A stretch of DNA of 64,000 nt from an uncultured Pelagibacteraceae bacterium (GTDB lineage: Bacteria; Pseudomonadota; Alphaproteobacteria; Pelagibacterales; Pelagibacteraceae). Below the pieces are notes generated by a model, which worked only from the letters and a program-made list of their open reading frames with translations, made no database searches and had not been told where the DNA came from. How positions within the stretch are numbered: position 1 is the first letter of the stretch; every line of letters begins with the position of its first letter. Location of the stretch: NCBI GenBank assembly GCA_902623395.1, contig CACNTN010000003.1:63683-127682 (forward strand), in the 5' to 3' direction. The position numbers and the translations under genes are program-made. Below are positions 1-10,285 of the stretch, piece after piece.

Positions 1-1017
1 TGGCGAAAAATTCAAAATAAGAAAATATCATTGGAACAGCTTACAGATATTATCGGTTTCAGGGTAATTGTCGATAACATTGAAAATTGTTATAAAACAT
101 TAGGAATATTTCATAGCAGATTTTCTACAATTCCAGGAAAATTTAAAGACTATATTTCAACTCCAAAAATAAACAAATATAAGTCTATTCACACCGCAGT
201 AATTGGACCAAAAAAAAGTAGAATTGAGATACAAATTAGAACTTATGATATGCATGAATTTGCACAAAGAGGTATTGCCTCACACTGGAAGTACAAATCT
301 TCTGAAAAATTTTCAGAATTATCATGGAAAGAATATGATTGGTTAAGAGATCTTGTTGAAATTATAGAGGCTGGAACTAGTCCGGAACATTATTATGAAT
401 TTACAAAATTACAAATGTTCCAAGAAAATGTTTTTTGTTTTACGCCAAAAGGTGCTGTTATTAAATTGCCAAAAAAAGCAACACCAATAGATTTTGCATA
501 TGCAGTTCATACGAAAATGGGTGACAGCGCAATCGGGTGCACAATTAATGGACGTCATTCTACACTTCAGTCAATTTTAAAAAATGGTGACTTGGTAAAC
601 ATAGAAACCTCTAAGAATGCTTCACCGTCACTACATTGGTTATCTTCTTCGGTTACAGGAAAAGCACGTTCAGCTATACGAAGATATTGGCAAGATAAGT
701 CTACAGAAAATTCAAAAATTACTGAAAAGAATTATTCGAGCACGATAGAAGTTGATCTTCCTCACAAACCTGGTGTTTTAGGTCATATAACCTCACTTAT
801 AGGACTTAATAAAGGAAATATTGTCAATTTAGAAATTATTAAAAGAAAAAAAGAATATTTAACCTTTTCTTTTGATTTACAAATTAAAGATTTGAAAAAT
901 TTTACAAACTTGATAAGTCAAATAAAGCAAAGTAGTTTAAAATTTAAAATTATTCGACACAAAGAGAAAAAAAATGCTTTCATTAGAAGAATCTTTGAAA
1001 ATTTTAAAAGAAGCTAA
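1..1017 (+). CDS. spoT: RelA/SpoT-family (p)ppGpp synthetase/hydrolase, C-terminal part (5' end outside the window)
   Basis: Frame 1 is open from nt 1, so the listed TTG at 31 is internal. 'DIIGFRVIV' is a synthetase-domain motif. A TGS-like segment ('FCFTPKGAVIKLPKKATPIDFAYAVHTKMGD') and a C-terminal ACT-like segment follow. Confidence 0.85.
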   Translation, partial: WRKIQNKKISLEQLTDIIGFRVIVDNIENCYKTLGIFHSRFSTIPGKFKDYISTPKINKYKSIHTAVIGPKKSRIEIQIRTYDMHEFAQRGIASHWKYKSSEKFSELSWKEYDWLRDLVEIIEAGTSPEHYYEFTKLQMFQENVFCFTPKGAVIKLPKKATPIDFAYAVHTKMGDSAIGCTINGRHSTLQSILKNGDLVNIETSKNASPSLHWLSSSVTGKARSAIRRYWQDKSTENSKITEKNYSSTIEVDLPHKPGVLGHITSLIGLNKGNIVNLEIIKRKKEYLTFSFDLQIKDLKNFTNLISQIKQSSLKFKIIRHKEKKNAFIRRIFENFKRS

Positions 1018-1555
1018 AGCTTTAATCGAAGGTCATTTTATACTTTCATCTGGTTTACATAGCTCGAAATATATTCAATGTGCGCAATTGATGAGTAAGC
1101 CACATTACGCAGAGAAAATTTGTAAGTCATTAGCATTAAAAATTTCAAAAGAGTTTAATGATTTTGATCTAATCTTATCACCTGCAATGGGAGGCATTGT
1201 TGTAGGATATGAATTGGGAAAATTACTTAATAAAGAAACAATATTTTCGGAAAGAGTAAATGGTGAATTTAAATTAAGAAGAGATTTTAATATAAGTGAA
1301 GGAAATAAGGTGTTAATAGTTGAGGATGTAATTACCACAGGAAAATCTAGCATTGAATGTTCGAAACTGGTTACAATAAATAAAGCTAAAATAGTTGGAT
1401 ACGCATGTATTATAGATAGATCTAATGGTAAATCGCAGATTAAAGATAAAATAGTTTCTCAATTAAAACTTAATATTCCAACATATAGCAAAGAAAATTT
1501 ACCTAAAGATTTAATTTCGATTGAACCAGTTAAACCTGGAAGTAGAAGTCTTTAA
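974..1555 (+). CDS. pyrE: orotate phosphoribosyltransferase
   Basis: PRPP-binding motif 'VLIVEDVITTGKS'. Short 193-aa OPRTase architecture. Overlaps the spoT end by 44 nt. Confidence 0.85.
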   Translation: MLSLEESLKILKEAKALIEGHFILSSGLHSSKYIQCAQLMSKPHYAEKICKSLALKISKEFNDFDLILSPAMGGIVVGYELGKLLNKETIFSERVNGEFKLRRDFNISEGNKVLIVEDVITTGKSSIECSKLVTINKAKIVGYACIIDRSNGKSQIKDKIVSQLKLNIPTYSKENLPKDLISIEPVKPGSRSL

Positions 1556-2277
1556 TGAGTAAAATCAGACTTGGTGTAAATATAGATCATGTAGCAACTG
1601 TTAGAAATGCTAGAGGAGAGAATTATCCAAGTCCATTAAGAGCTGCTTTATTAGCAGAAAAAAATGGCGCTGATTCAGTAACAATACATTTAAGAGAGGA
1701 TAGAAGACATATTAATGAACTTGACTTAAAAAAAATTATAAAAAAATTAAAGATACCCCTTAACCTTGAAATTGCTGCTACTAAAGAGATGATGAAAATT
1801 GCATCACTTACTAAACCACCTTTTATTTGTATCGTCCCTGAAAAAAGGAAAGAAATAACCACTGAAGGTGGTCTTAATTTAAACCATAATAGAACCTTTT
1901 TAAAAAAATTAATTAAAAAATTAAAAAAAAATAAATCGCGAATAAGTTTATTTATTGAACCAAGTATAAAAGATTTAGATATAGCGAAGAAATTGGGAGT
2001 TGATTGTGTGGAGATACATACAGGTAAATTTTGTAATTTAATAAACCAAAAAAAAAATTATAACAAGGAATTAGCGAGGATCAAAAAAGCAGTTATAAGA
2101 GGTAATGAACATGGACTGGAGGTCCATGCTGGTCATGGTCTAACTTATACATCTGCTAGAATTTTAATTAGAGTAAGAGGTATTAAGGAATTTAACATTG
2201 GACATTTTTTAGTAGGGGAATCGATATTTGATGGTTTGCCAGCAACAATTAAAAAATTTAAAAAGATTTTAAATTAA
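1555..2277 (+). CDS. pdxJ: pyridoxine 5'-phosphate synthase
   Basis: 'LGVNIDHVATVRNARG' N-terminus and 'EVHAGHGL' are typical of PdxJ. 240 aa. Confidence 0.9.
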   Translation: MSKIRLGVNIDHVATVRNARGENYPSPLRAALLAEKNGADSVTIHLREDRRHINELDLKKIIKKLKIPLNLEIAATKEMMKIASLTKPPFICIVPEKRKEITTEGGLNLNHNRTFLKKLIKKLKKNKSRISLFIEPSIKDLDIAKKLGVDCVEIHTGKFCNLINQKKNYNKELARIKKAVIRGNEHGLEVHAGHGLTYTSARILIRVRGIKEFNIGHFLVGESIFDGLPATIKKFKKILN

Positions 2278-2660
2278 TGAATATTTTTGGGATAGGTACA
2301 GACATTGTTAGTGTTGAAAGAATTAAAATTTCTTTAAAAAATAAAAACTTCATTAAGCGTGTTTTTAATGAAAAAGAAGTATTTAAATGTAAAAAAATTA
2401 CTAATAGTAATAATTGTTTTGCAAAGAGGTTTGCTGCAAAAGAGGCATTTTCAAAAGCATTAGGAACAGGAATATCCAACGGTATAAACTTAAATGAAAT
2501 TATCGTATTAAATAAGAAATCAGGAAAGCCGTATATAAATCTAATTGGACAAACAAAGGAAACACTTAGTAAAAAATTTAAAGGAAAAAAAACTAAAGTA
2601 TCACTATCCCTTTCTGATGAAAAAAAGTATGCAGTAGCTTTTGTAACAATATCAATATGA
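2277..2660 (+). CDS. acpS: holo-[acyl-carrier-protein] synthase
   Basis: 'GIGTDIVSVERI' N-terminal motif. 127 aa. Conserved pdxJ-acpS-lepB order. Confidence 0.85.
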   Translation: MNIFGIGTDIVSVERIKISLKNKNFIKRVFNEKEVFKCKKITNSNNCFAKRFAAKEAFSKALGTGISNGINLNEIIVLNKKSGKPYINLIGQTKETLSKKFKGKKTKVSLSLSDEKKYAVAFVTISI

Positions 2661-3397
2661 GTAAAAAAAAAATATTAAATATAATTTATGATAATACAAA
2701 AACTTTGTTTGGAGCATTAATAATTGCAATTTTGATTAGATCTCTCTTATTCCAACCTTTTTACATACCCTCATCATCAATGGAACCCACTTTACTTGTT
2801 GGAGACCGCATTTTTGTCTCTAAATATCCATACGGTTATAGTAAACATTCATTTCCTTTCAGTCCTAATATTTCTAATGAACGTTTTTTTTCAAAATTGC
2901 CAGAAAGAGGTGATTTGGTAGTTTTCAAAACTCCCGCAGATAATAGAACTGATTATATTAAAAGATTGATAGGGATGCCAGGAGAAACGATCCAATTTGT
3001 TAACGGAGATATTTTAATCAATGATAAGAAAATTTTCAGAAAAAAAATAGAAAATAGCAAACTAATAAGGTGTGGAAATTTTTATTTAGAAACAAATACT
3101 TTTATTGAAATTTTACCAAACGGTTTTAAACATGTAGTGGCTTATAAAAAAAAGGGCTCTTTACAAAATACTAAGAAATATAAGGTTCCTGCTAATCATT
3201 ATTTTTTACTTGGAGACAATAGAGATTGTTCAAAAGATAGCAGGTATTTAGATAGCGTAGGATATGTTAATAACTTAAATTTAGTTGGTGAAGCTAAACT
3301 AATATTCTTTTCGAATGATACAAATATTAGTAGTTTGTGGAAATTTTGGAATTTAGGAAAATCATTCAGATTTGATAGAATTTTTAAAGGTTTATAA
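2657..3397 (+). CDS. lepB: signal peptidase I
   Basis: N-terminal TM segment, catalytic Ser box 'SSSMEPTL', 'YIKRLIG' and 'GDNRDCSKDSR' boxes. Confidence 0.9.
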   Translation: MSKKKILNIIYDNTKTLFGALIIAILIRSLLFQPFYIPSSSMEPTLLVGDRIFVSKYPYGYSKHSFPFSPNISNERFFSKLPERGDLVVFKTPADNRTDYIKRLIGMPGETIQFVNGDILINDKKIFRKKIENSKLIRCGNFYLETNTFIEILPNGFKHVVAYKKKGSLQNTKKYKVPANHYFLLGDNRDCSKDSRYLDSVGYVNNLNLVGEAKLIFFSNDTNISSLWKFWNLGKSFRFDRIFKGL

Positions 3398-4062
3398 TGG
3401 AAAAACAAATTAAAGAACTTGAGAAAATTTTGAAATATAACTTTAAAAAGACGTCTTTACTACTAACAGCCTTAACCCATAAAAGTTTTAATAACGATGT
3501 AAATAACGAAAAGTTGGAATTTCTTGGTGATAGAGTTTTAGGTTTAGTAATTTCTGAAAAATTATTAGAAAAGTATCCTGAAGAAAAAGAGGGAATAATT
3601 GATAAAAAATTTTCAAATTTAGTTAATAAAAAAACATGTTTGCTTATTGCAAAAAAAATTAATTTAAAAAAATTTATTTTATTAGGATCTTCTCATAAAA
3701 AGCTTGAAAGATCCGCAGACAAAATAAGCAGTGATTGTTTAGAGGCTATCGTTGGAGCAATATACTTGGATGGTGGGCTTAAATCTGTTGAAAAATTTAT
3801 ATCAATTTTTTGGGAAGAATACTTGTTAAAGTCGACTATAACATTAATAGACTCTAAAACAAAATTACAAGAATTCAGTTTAAAAAAATTTAAGGAACTT
3901 CCTAAATACGTTTTTTTTAAAAAAACTGGACCTCAGCATAGACCTTTATTTAAAACAGAAGTACAAATACCCAATTCAAAAAAAATTACAGGTATTGGTT
4001 CATCAAAAAAAAATGCTCAACAGAATGCTGCTTCCAAACTTTTAAAGATTTTAAATTTATGA
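3397..4062 (+). CDS. rnc: ribonuclease III
   Basis: RNase III signature 'EKLEFLGDRVLGL' and a C-terminal dsRNA-binding domain ('GSSKKNAQQNAASKLL'). Confidence 0.9.
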   Translation: MEKQIKELEKILKYNFKKTSLLLTALTHKSFNNDVNNEKLEFLGDRVLGLVISEKLLEKYPEEKEGIIDKKFSNLVNKKTCLLIAKKINLKKFILLGSSHKKLERSADKISSDCLEAIVGAIYLDGGLKSVEKFISIFWEEYLLKSTITLIDSKTKLQEFSLKKFKELPKYVFFKKTGPQHRPLFKTEVQIPNSKKITGIGSSKKNAQQNAASKLLKILNL

Positions 4063-4739
4063 TTTGGGAAGATGAATGTTATTTATTATCGAAAAGAAAA
4101 TTTCGAGAAAACGCTAATATAATAAATATTTTTACTCAAAAAAAAGGAAAATTAGATGGAATAGTCTATGGGGGAACCTCAAGAAAAGTAAGAAATTATT
4201 TACAAATTTCCAATAAATTATTTGTCTCTCATACTTCTAAAAGTGAAAATCGCATAGGTTATTTTAAAACAGAATTAATAAAACCTATCTCGCCATTATA
4301 TTTCAATGACAAAGAGAGAACATCTGCTTTAATCTCTATTTGTTCTTTATTGAATATTTTACTACCTGACTCACAACCGAATAAAAAAATCTATAAGTCT
4401 TTTGAAAGCATGATTAATTCTATTAATTTAGAAAATTGGATTTTTTTGTACATTTATTTTGAAATAAATCTTATCAAGGAACTAGGTTACGATACAAATC
4501 TAATTGAACACTCGACTAACAACAATGATGATAATGTTTTAATAAAAGCAAATATTGACGGATACACTTATGAAATACCAAATTATTTAATTAAAAAAAA
4601 AATTCCAGATAATTTATCAAATATTCTTATCCGTAAGTCGTTGTATTTTACAAGGCAAGTAATGCAAAATAAATTTTTTATTCCAAATAATTTAATGTTT
4701 CCAAAATCTCGTGTAATTTTAGAAAATTACTTTAATTAA
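4059..4739 (+). CDS. recO: DNA repair protein RecO
   Basis: 226 aa. RecO-like N-terminus ('YLLSKRKFRENANIINIFTQKKGKLDGIVYGG'). Position immediately after rnc, as in other alphaproteobacteria. Confidence 0.65.
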   Translation: MIWEDECYLLSKRKFRENANIINIFTQKKGKLDGIVYGGTSRKVRNYLQISNKLFVSHTSKSENRIGYFKTELIKPISPLYFNDKERTSALISICSLLNILLPDSQPNKKIYKSFESMINSINLENWIFLYIYFEINLIKELGYDTNLIEHSTNNNDDNVLIKANIDGYTYEIPNYLIKKKIPDNLSNILIRKSLYFTRQVMQNKFFIPNNLMFPKSRVILENYFN

Positions 4740-5728
4740 AATTTAAGTTTTTTAGCAATTTCTAGAGCAAAATAGGTGACAATAGCTGATGCACCAGCTC
4801 TTTTAAAACTCATTATGCTTTCAATAACTGAATTTTGACTTATTAATTTATTTTTAATGCCATTCTTAATCAAGCTATATTCACCTGAAACTTGGTAAGC
4901 TAGAACTGGTATCCTAAAATTATTTTTTATTTTTTGTATAATATCTAAGTAAGGCAATCCGGGTTTTACCATTACCATATCTGCACCTTCTTTAATATCT
5001 AAGGCTACTTCTCTTAATGACTCGTTACTATTAGAGAAGTCCATTTGATAATTTCTTTTATCACCTTTTAAAGATTTTTTAGATCCAACAGCATCTCTAA
5101 AGGGACCATAGAAATTAGAAGCATACTTAACAGCATAAGAAAGAATTTGAACGTCGCTATATTTATTTTTATCTAATATTTTTCGAATTCTACCTATTCG
5201 TCCATCCATCATGTCTGATGGGGCTATTACATCACAACCCATTTGTGCTTGTAATAAAGATTGTTTAATTAAAATATCAATAGTTTCATCATTTAAAACA
5301 TAATTATTTTTTAGTAAACCATCATGACCGTGTGTAGTATAAGGATCTAGTGCTACATCACACATTATTCCAATTTCATTCTTAAATCTCTTTTTTATAA
5401 ATCTTGTAGCTTTACAGATTAAGTTGTTTTCATTTAAAGCTTCATTTCCAAACTTATCCTTTTTATTTAAAGGTGTAGACGGAAAAAGAGCTACCATTGG
5501 AATTTTATATTTTATAACTTTGCTTATAAGCATTCCTAATTTATCAATGGTAAACCTATAAACTCCAGGCATTGATTTAATAGGTAGTTTTCTATTTTTT
5601 CCCTCGATCAAGAAAATAGGATAAATCAAATCAGCACTTGAAAGGTTGTTCTCTTGAACCAATCTTCGTGACCAATTGAATTTTCTAGTTCTACGTAGTC
5701 TTAAACTAGGATATTTACCAGTAATCAT
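4736..5728 (-). CDS. hemB: porphobilinogen synthase (delta-aminolevulinate dehydratase)
   Basis: 'DVALDPYTTHGHDG', 'VMVKPGLPYLDI' and 'AYQVSGEY' ALAD motifs. 330 aa. Confidence 0.9.
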   Translation of the reverse strand: MITGKYPSLRLRRTRKFNWSRRLVQENNLSSADLIYPIFLIEGKNRKLPIKSMPGVYRFTIDKLGMLISKVIKYKIPMVALFPSTPLNKKDKFGNEALNENNLICKATRFIKKRFKNEIGIMCDVALDPYTTHGHDGLLKNNYVLNDETIDILIKQSLLQAQMGCDVIAPSDMMDGRIGRIRKILDKNKYSDVQILSYAVKYASNFYGPFRDAVGSKKSLKGDKRNYQMDFSNSNESLREVALDIKEGADMVMVKPGLPYLDIIQKIKNNFRIPVLAYQVSGEYSLIKNGIKNKLISQNSVIESIMSFKRAGASAIVTYFALEIAKKLKF

Positions 5729-5798
5729 GCTTTATTTAATTTATTATGCGACAAATGTATTGTACAAATATATAATACAAATGGATAAATAACAACTC

Positions 5799-6437
5799 AT
5801 GACAATAGACTCTAAAAACGTAGTAAATCTTGATTTAAAAAAAAATGAAAAAGTTTTGAATTTTTCAGACTTTCAAAAGCAAAATTTAAAATTTGATATT
5901 GCAAAACTTCAAGAAGCTTATATGCAAATAATTCAGACTAAAAAGTTTGATGATGGAGGTGGCATTTCACATTTTGGAGCAATATGTTTAACAAGAAAGC
6001 CAGGTGATCCAGACTCGGTAAAAGGTCAAAAAGCTAGAGGTATTTATTGGACTAAACCAGACAAATCAGGGAAAGAAGTTTCAAGAGATATAAATATCGA
6101 TGAAGCAGAGTATTCTGAGTTTATTCCTGATTATGATAATACTTATTTTAAAGAGGTATTTGATACTCTTTCATCTAAATACAAATTAGGTAGAGTAAGA
6201 ATTTTATTAAAAGAGCCTAGATCAACTTTAAGTTGGCACAGAGATCCAGAACCAAGATTACATATACCTATTATAACAAATCCAGGATGTTTAATGGTTA
6301 TCGATAATGTTGCAAAACATATGCCAGCTGATGGTTCAGTTTGGATTACAAATAATACAAAATATCATAACGCTTTTAATGGTGGTGAAGAAAATAGAAT
6401 TCATCTTGTTGCTTGCGTACTAGATTATAAATTTTAA
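5799..6437 (+). CDS. aspartyl/asparaginyl beta-hydroxylase-family (cupin, 2OG/Fe(II)-type) protein, substrate unknown
   Basis: The C-terminal pattern 'SWHRDPEPRLHIPIITNPGCLMVIDN...GSVWITNNTKYHNAFNGGEENRIHLV' matches the H-x-D...RxHxPL...H-x-A-x-N...R-x-H-L layout of the Asp/Asn beta-hydroxylase fold. Confidence 0.55.
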   Translation: MTIDSKNVVNLDLKKNEKVLNFSDFQKQNLKFDIAKLQEAYMQIIQTKKFDDGGGISHFGAICLTRKPGDPDSVKGQKARGIYWTKPDKSGKEVSRDINIDEAEYSEFIPDYDNTYFKEVFDTLSSKYKLGRVRILLKEPRSTLSWHRDPEPRLHIPIITNPGCLMVIDNVAKHMPADGSVWITNNTKYHNAFNGGEENRIHLVACVLDYKF

Positions 6438-6441
6438 TAAA

Positions 6442-6879
6442 TTGAGTTCACTATTTAAAAAGATTTGTATTGCTTCCGACCATGCCGGTTTCAACTTGAA
6501 AGAAAGTATAAAGAATCACCTAATCGATAAACATTTGTCAATTTTTGATTTAGGGCCATACCAGAATAAATCCGTCGATTATCCTGATTATGCAAAAAAA
6601 CTCGCTAGACGAGTCAGAGCAAAAAAAAGTGATGTAGGCATACTTGTATGCGGGTCAGGAACAGGAATGGCTATAAGTGCCAACAAAATCAAAGATATAA
6701 GAGCCGCTGTTTGCTACAATACTAAGTCTACTAGATTGTCTAGACAACACAATAATGCTAATATAATTGCTTTAGGAGCAAGATTAACAAAAAAAAGTTT
6801 ATCATTAAAATTGATAGAACTATTTTTAAAAACTAAATTTGAGGGTGGTAGACACTTAAAAAGAGTAAAAAAAATATAA
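6442..6879 (+). CDS. rpiB: ribose-5-phosphate isomerase B
   Basis: 'IASDHAGF' and '[13 protein letters not shown]' RpiB/LacAB motifs. 145 aa. TTG start. Confidence 0.85.
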   Translation: MSSLFKKICIASDHAGFNLKESIKNHLIDKHLSIFDLGPYQNKSVDYPDYAKKLARRVRAKKSDVGILVCGSGTGMAISANKIKDIRAAVCYNTKSTRLSRQHNNANIIALGARLTKKSLSLKLIELFLKTKFEGGRHLKRVKKI

Positions 6880-8177
6880 TGTCGGTAATTAAATTAGATA
6901 AATATTTAAATAGCTTCTTCAAATTAAAATTACAAGAAGCTGATAGTGAGCTATATAACTCAATTAGGGATGAGTTTACAAGACAACAAAATCATATTGA
7001 ATTAATAGCATCTGAAAATATAGTTTCAAAAGCAGTATTGGAAGCTCAAGGTTCTGTTTTAACAAATAAATATGCAGAGGGTTACCCAGGAAAAAGATAT
7101 TACGGTGGGTGTGAGCACGTAGATGTTTCAGAAAATCTAGCTATAGAAAGAGCAAAAAAGTTATTTGATTGTAAATATGCAAATGTGCAACCTCATTCTG
7201 GTGCTCAAGCAAATGGAGCTGTGTATTTAGCTTTATTAAAGCCAGGTGATACTACTCTAGCAATGAGTTTAAATTCTGGAGGACACTTAACTCATGGAGC
7301 TAAACCAGCTCAATCTGGAAAATGGTTTAACGCAATACATTATGAAGTTGATAAAGAAACAGGGCTAATTGATTATGAGTCTGTAGAGAAACTTGCTACA
7401 AAGAATAAACCAAAACTTATAATCGCCGGTGGAAGTGCTTACTCGAGAATTATTGATTTTAAAAAATTTAGGGAGATCTGTGATAAAGTTGGAGCTTATC
7501 TACTAGTAGACATGGCTCATTTCTCAGGTTTAGTAGCTGGTGGAGCTTATCCTAACCCCACTAAATATGCTGACGTAGTTACATCAACAACACATAAAGT
7601 ATTACGTGGTCCAAGAGGTGGTATTATTTTAACTAATAATGATGAACTAATTAAAAAATTTAATAGCGCAATTTTTCCTGGCTTACAGGGTGGCCCATTA
7701 ATGCATGTAATTGCAGCTAAAGCAGTTTGTTTTAAAGAGGCCTTGTCAGATGAATTTAAGACATATACTAAAAATGTAATAAAAAATGCTAAAGTTTTAT
7801 CAGAAAGATTATCTAAAAAAGGTTTTAAAATTTTTTCTGGAGGAACTGATACACATTTGATGCTCCTCGATTTAAGGTCATTTAAAGTAACAGGCAAAGA
7901 TGCACAAGCTTCTTTAGGAAGGGCAAACATAACTTGCAATAAGAATGGAATTCCTTTTGATACCGAAAGTCCAATGATAACATCTGGAATAAGATTGGGA
8001 ACACCTGCATGCACCACAAGAGGATTTAAAGAAGAAGAATTTAAATTAATAGCTGATTTAATCCATAAAGTAGTCAAAGGTTTAAGTGAAAATCCTGCAG
8101 ATAATTCTAAAATAGAAAACGAAGTTAAAAAAGAAATTGTTAACCTTTGTTCTTCTTTTCCAATTTATGGAAATTAA
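6879..8177 (+). CDS. glyA: serine hydroxymethyltransferase
   Basis: '[10 protein letters not shown]', '[16 protein letters not shown]' (PLP lysine) and '[11 protein letters not shown]'. 432 aa. Confidence 0.95.
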   Translation: MSVIKLDKYLNSFFKLKLQEADSELYNSIRDEFTRQQNHIELIASENIVSKAVLEAQGSVLTNKYAEGYPGKRYYGGCEHVDVSENLAIERAKKLFDCKYANVQPHSGAQANGAVYLALLKPGDTTLAMSLNSGGHLTHGAKPAQSGKWFNAIHYEVDKETGLIDYESVEKLATKNKPKLIIAGGSAYSRIIDFKKFREICDKVGAYLLVDMAHFSGLVAGGAYPNPTKYADVVTSTTHKVLRGPRGGIILTNNDELIKKFNSAIFPGLQGGPLMHVIAAKAVCFKEALSDEFKTYTKNVIKNAKVLSERLSKKGFKIFSGGTDTHLMLLDLRSFKVTGKDAQASLGRANITCNKNGIPFDTESPMITSGIRLGTPACTTRGFKEEEFKLIADLIHKVVKGLSENPADNSKIENEVKKEIVNLCSSFPIYGN

Positions 8178-8185
8178 ATAAATTT

Positions 8186-8641
8186 ATGCTGTGTCCATTT
8201 TGTAGAGAAAAAGATACATCGGTAGTTGACTCTAGACCTTGTGAAGAGGGAACCGCTGTTCGAAGACGGAGACTTTGTACTTGCAATGGAGGGATGAGAT
8301 TTACCACATTCGAAAGGATTCAATTTCAAGAACTTACAGTTATTAAAAGTAATAGTAAAAGAGAACCATTTGATAGAGATAAAATTTCAAAATCTATACG
8401 TATAGCGACAAGAAAAAGGCCAATTGGTATAGATGCCATAGATAATTTTGTATCAAAAATTATTATGAAAATAGAAGGTCTTGGTGAAAGTGAAGTCCCC
8501 ACATCAACAATCGGCAAACTTATTATGGAAGGTTTGCAATATATAGATACGGTTGCCTACGTTCGATATGCTTCTGTTTACAAAAACTTTAAGGAAGCAA
8601 AAGATTTTGAACAATTTGTAGGCAATTTAGATGACAATTAA
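8186..8641 (+). CDS. nrdR: transcriptional repressor NrdR
   Basis: Zinc ribbon '[17 protein letters not shown]...RRRRLC' plus an ATP-cone. The ATG at 8186 gives the canonical N-terminus; the listed TTG start at 8147 lies inside the glyA end. Confidence 0.9.
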   Translation: MLCPFCREKDTSVVDSRPCEEGTAVRRRRLCTCNGGMRFTTFERIQFQELTVIKSNSKREPFDRDKISKSIRIATRKRPIGIDAIDNFVSKIIMKIEGLGESEVPTSTIGKLIMEGLQYIDTVAYVRYASVYKNFKEAKDFEQFVGNLDDN

Positions 8642-9695
8642 TCATAATTATTTCTTAGATTTAGCTTATCAACATGCTGAGAAAAACCTCGGTAAAACAG
8701 GCTTAAATCCGTCTGTTGGAACATTAGTTGTAAAAAATAATGTTGTAATTTCATCAGGTACGACATCAATCAACGGGCGACCTCATGCTGAGTATAATGC
8801 TTTAAACAAAATAAGTAATAGTGCTGGAGCAACATTATATACTACATTGGAACCTTGCACTCATTACGGAAAAACACCCCCTTGTACAAATATTATAATA
8901 AAAAAAAAGATAAAAAAAGTTTTTTACGGCGCAAATGATCCTGACAAGCGAACTTTTAAAAAAGCTCTTAAGATATTAAAAAAAAGAAAAATTAAGATCA
9001 AATTAATTAAATCAAAAAAATATAAAGATTTTTATAAGAGCTATTATTTAAACCATAAATTGAAGATACCATATATTTCAGCAAAAATTGCCTGCTCAAA
9101 AGATTTTTTTACTATCAGTAATAAAAAAAAATGGATAACGAACTATAAATCTAGAAAAATTGTTCATCTTTTAAGATCTCAAAATGATTGTATTTTTTCA
9201 ACGTCTAAAAGTATCAACATTGATAACTCTTTGTTAAATTGTAGGATAAATGGGTTAAATATTAATAAGCCGGATTTAGTTGTTCTTGATTTGAACTTAA
9301 AGCTTAAAAAAAAACTTTTACTTAATAAACTTTTAAAAAAAAGAAAAACTTTTCTAGTTACAAAAAAACAAAATTCTAAGAAAGCAAAAGTTTATAAAGA
9401 TCTAGGATATAAAATCATATTAATTAATTCTTTAGAAAATAAAAAGGATTATATTGAATTATTTAAAAAAATATACTCAATCGGATATAGGAGAATTTTT
9501 ATTGAGACTGGTTTAACTTTTTTAAATTCTTTATTTAAATCAAAATTAATTCATGAATTATACATTTTTAAGAGTAATAACCTTTTGCGAAAGAGCGGGT
9601 CAAATAAAATCAACACTAATATTTTAAAAAAAATTATAAAAAATCTGATAACAATTAATTTGAATGATGATAAACTCTATAAAAAAAAATTTTAG
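8631..9695 (+). CDS. ribD: bifunctional riboflavin-biosynthesis deaminase/reductase
   Basis: Deaminase zinc motifs 'HAEYNAL' and '[13 protein letters not shown]'. C-terminal reductase-like domain ('[12 protein letters not shown]'). Confidence 0.85.
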   Translation: MTINHNYFLDLAYQHAEKNLGKTGLNPSVGTLVVKNNVVISSGTTSINGRPHAEYNALNKISNSAGATLYTTLEPCTHYGKTPPCTNIIIKKKIKKVFYGANDPDKRTFKKALKILKKRKIKIKLIKSKKYKDFYKSYYLNHKLKIPYISAKIACSKDFFTISNKKKWITNYKSRKIVHLLRSQNDCIFSTSKSINIDNSLLNCRINGLNINKPDLVVLDLNLKLKKKLLLNKLLKKRKTFLVTKKQNSKKAKVYKDLGYKIILINSLENKKDYIELFKKIYSIGYRRIFIETGLTFLNSLFKSKLIHELYIFKSNNLLRKSGSNKINTNILKKIIKNLITINLNDDKLYKKKF

Positions 9696-9697
9696 TT

Positions 9698-10285
9698 ATG
9701 TTTAATGGAATAATATTTGATACAGGAAAAGTTAAAAATATAAGTAGATTCAAAAAAAGTATTCTTATAGGAATTTATACCAATATAAAGTTCACATTTA
9801 AAGATATTGGATCCTCTATTAGCTGTAATGGAGTATGTTTAACTTTAGTAAAAATTAAAAGAAATTTAATATTTTTTTATCTGTCAAATGAAACTTTAAA
9901 AAGATCAAATTTTAAATCATTAAAGAAAAATCAAATAATAAATTTAGAAAAATCTATTACTTTTGGCCAAAATATATCAGGCCATTTTACGCAAGGTCAT
10001 GTAGATACTATAGCTATAGTAAAAAAAATTGAAATTTTAGATAAAACTTGGGTAATTAAATTTCAAATCTCTGATAAAAAATTATTTAGATTTATAGTTG
10101 AAAAAGCGTCAATATCAATCAACGGTGTTTCTCTTACCATATCTAAAGTAGATAAAAAATTTTTTGAGATAAATGTGATTCCTCATACTTTAAAATTGAC
10201 TAATTTAAAGATTTTGAAAGTAGGAGATTCAGTAAATGTAGAATTAGATATATTTAGTAAATATATATATAAATATACTAACTAA
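9698..10285 (+). CDS. ribE: riboflavin synthase (alpha chain)
   Basis: 'MFNGIIFDTGKV' N-terminus. Internal duplication with 'SCNGVCLT' and 'SINGVSLT' barrels. 195 aa. Confidence 0.85.
   Translation: MFNGIIFDTGKVKNISRFKKSILIGIYTNIKFTFKDIGSSISCNGVCLTLVKIKRNLIFFYLSNETLKRSNFKSLKKNQIINLEKSITFGQNISGHFTQGHVDTIAIVKKIEILDKTWVIKFQISDKKLFRFIVEKASISINGVSLTISKVDKKFFEINVIPHTLKLTNLKILKVGDSVNVELDIFSKYIYKYTN

Noticed and set aside
1105-3408. Several 69-82-aa minus-strand ORFs (1105-1353, 1623-1862, 2258-2479, 3199-3408)
   Set aside because: All are embedded antisense in pyrE, pdxJ, acpS and lepB, which have strong family signatures. In AT-rich DNA stop codons are frequent, so such survivors are short and uninformative.
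3397-4739. Absence of era between rnc and recO, where lepB-rnc-era-recO is the usual order
   Set aside because: The gene may simply be located elsewhere in the genome, and this cannot be evaluated from one window. There is no remnant sequence here because rnc and recO overlap by 4 nt.
7547-8077. 176-aa ORF antisense to glyA
   Set aside because: It lies entirely inside, and opposite to, a very well conserved SHMT gene. The product is low-complexity with no recognisable motifs, which is a typical shadow ORF.
8147-8185. Upstream TTG start for nrdR overlapping glyA
   Set aside because: NrdR proteins begin with the zinc ribbon M-x-C-P-x-C, and the ATG at 8186 gives exactly that.
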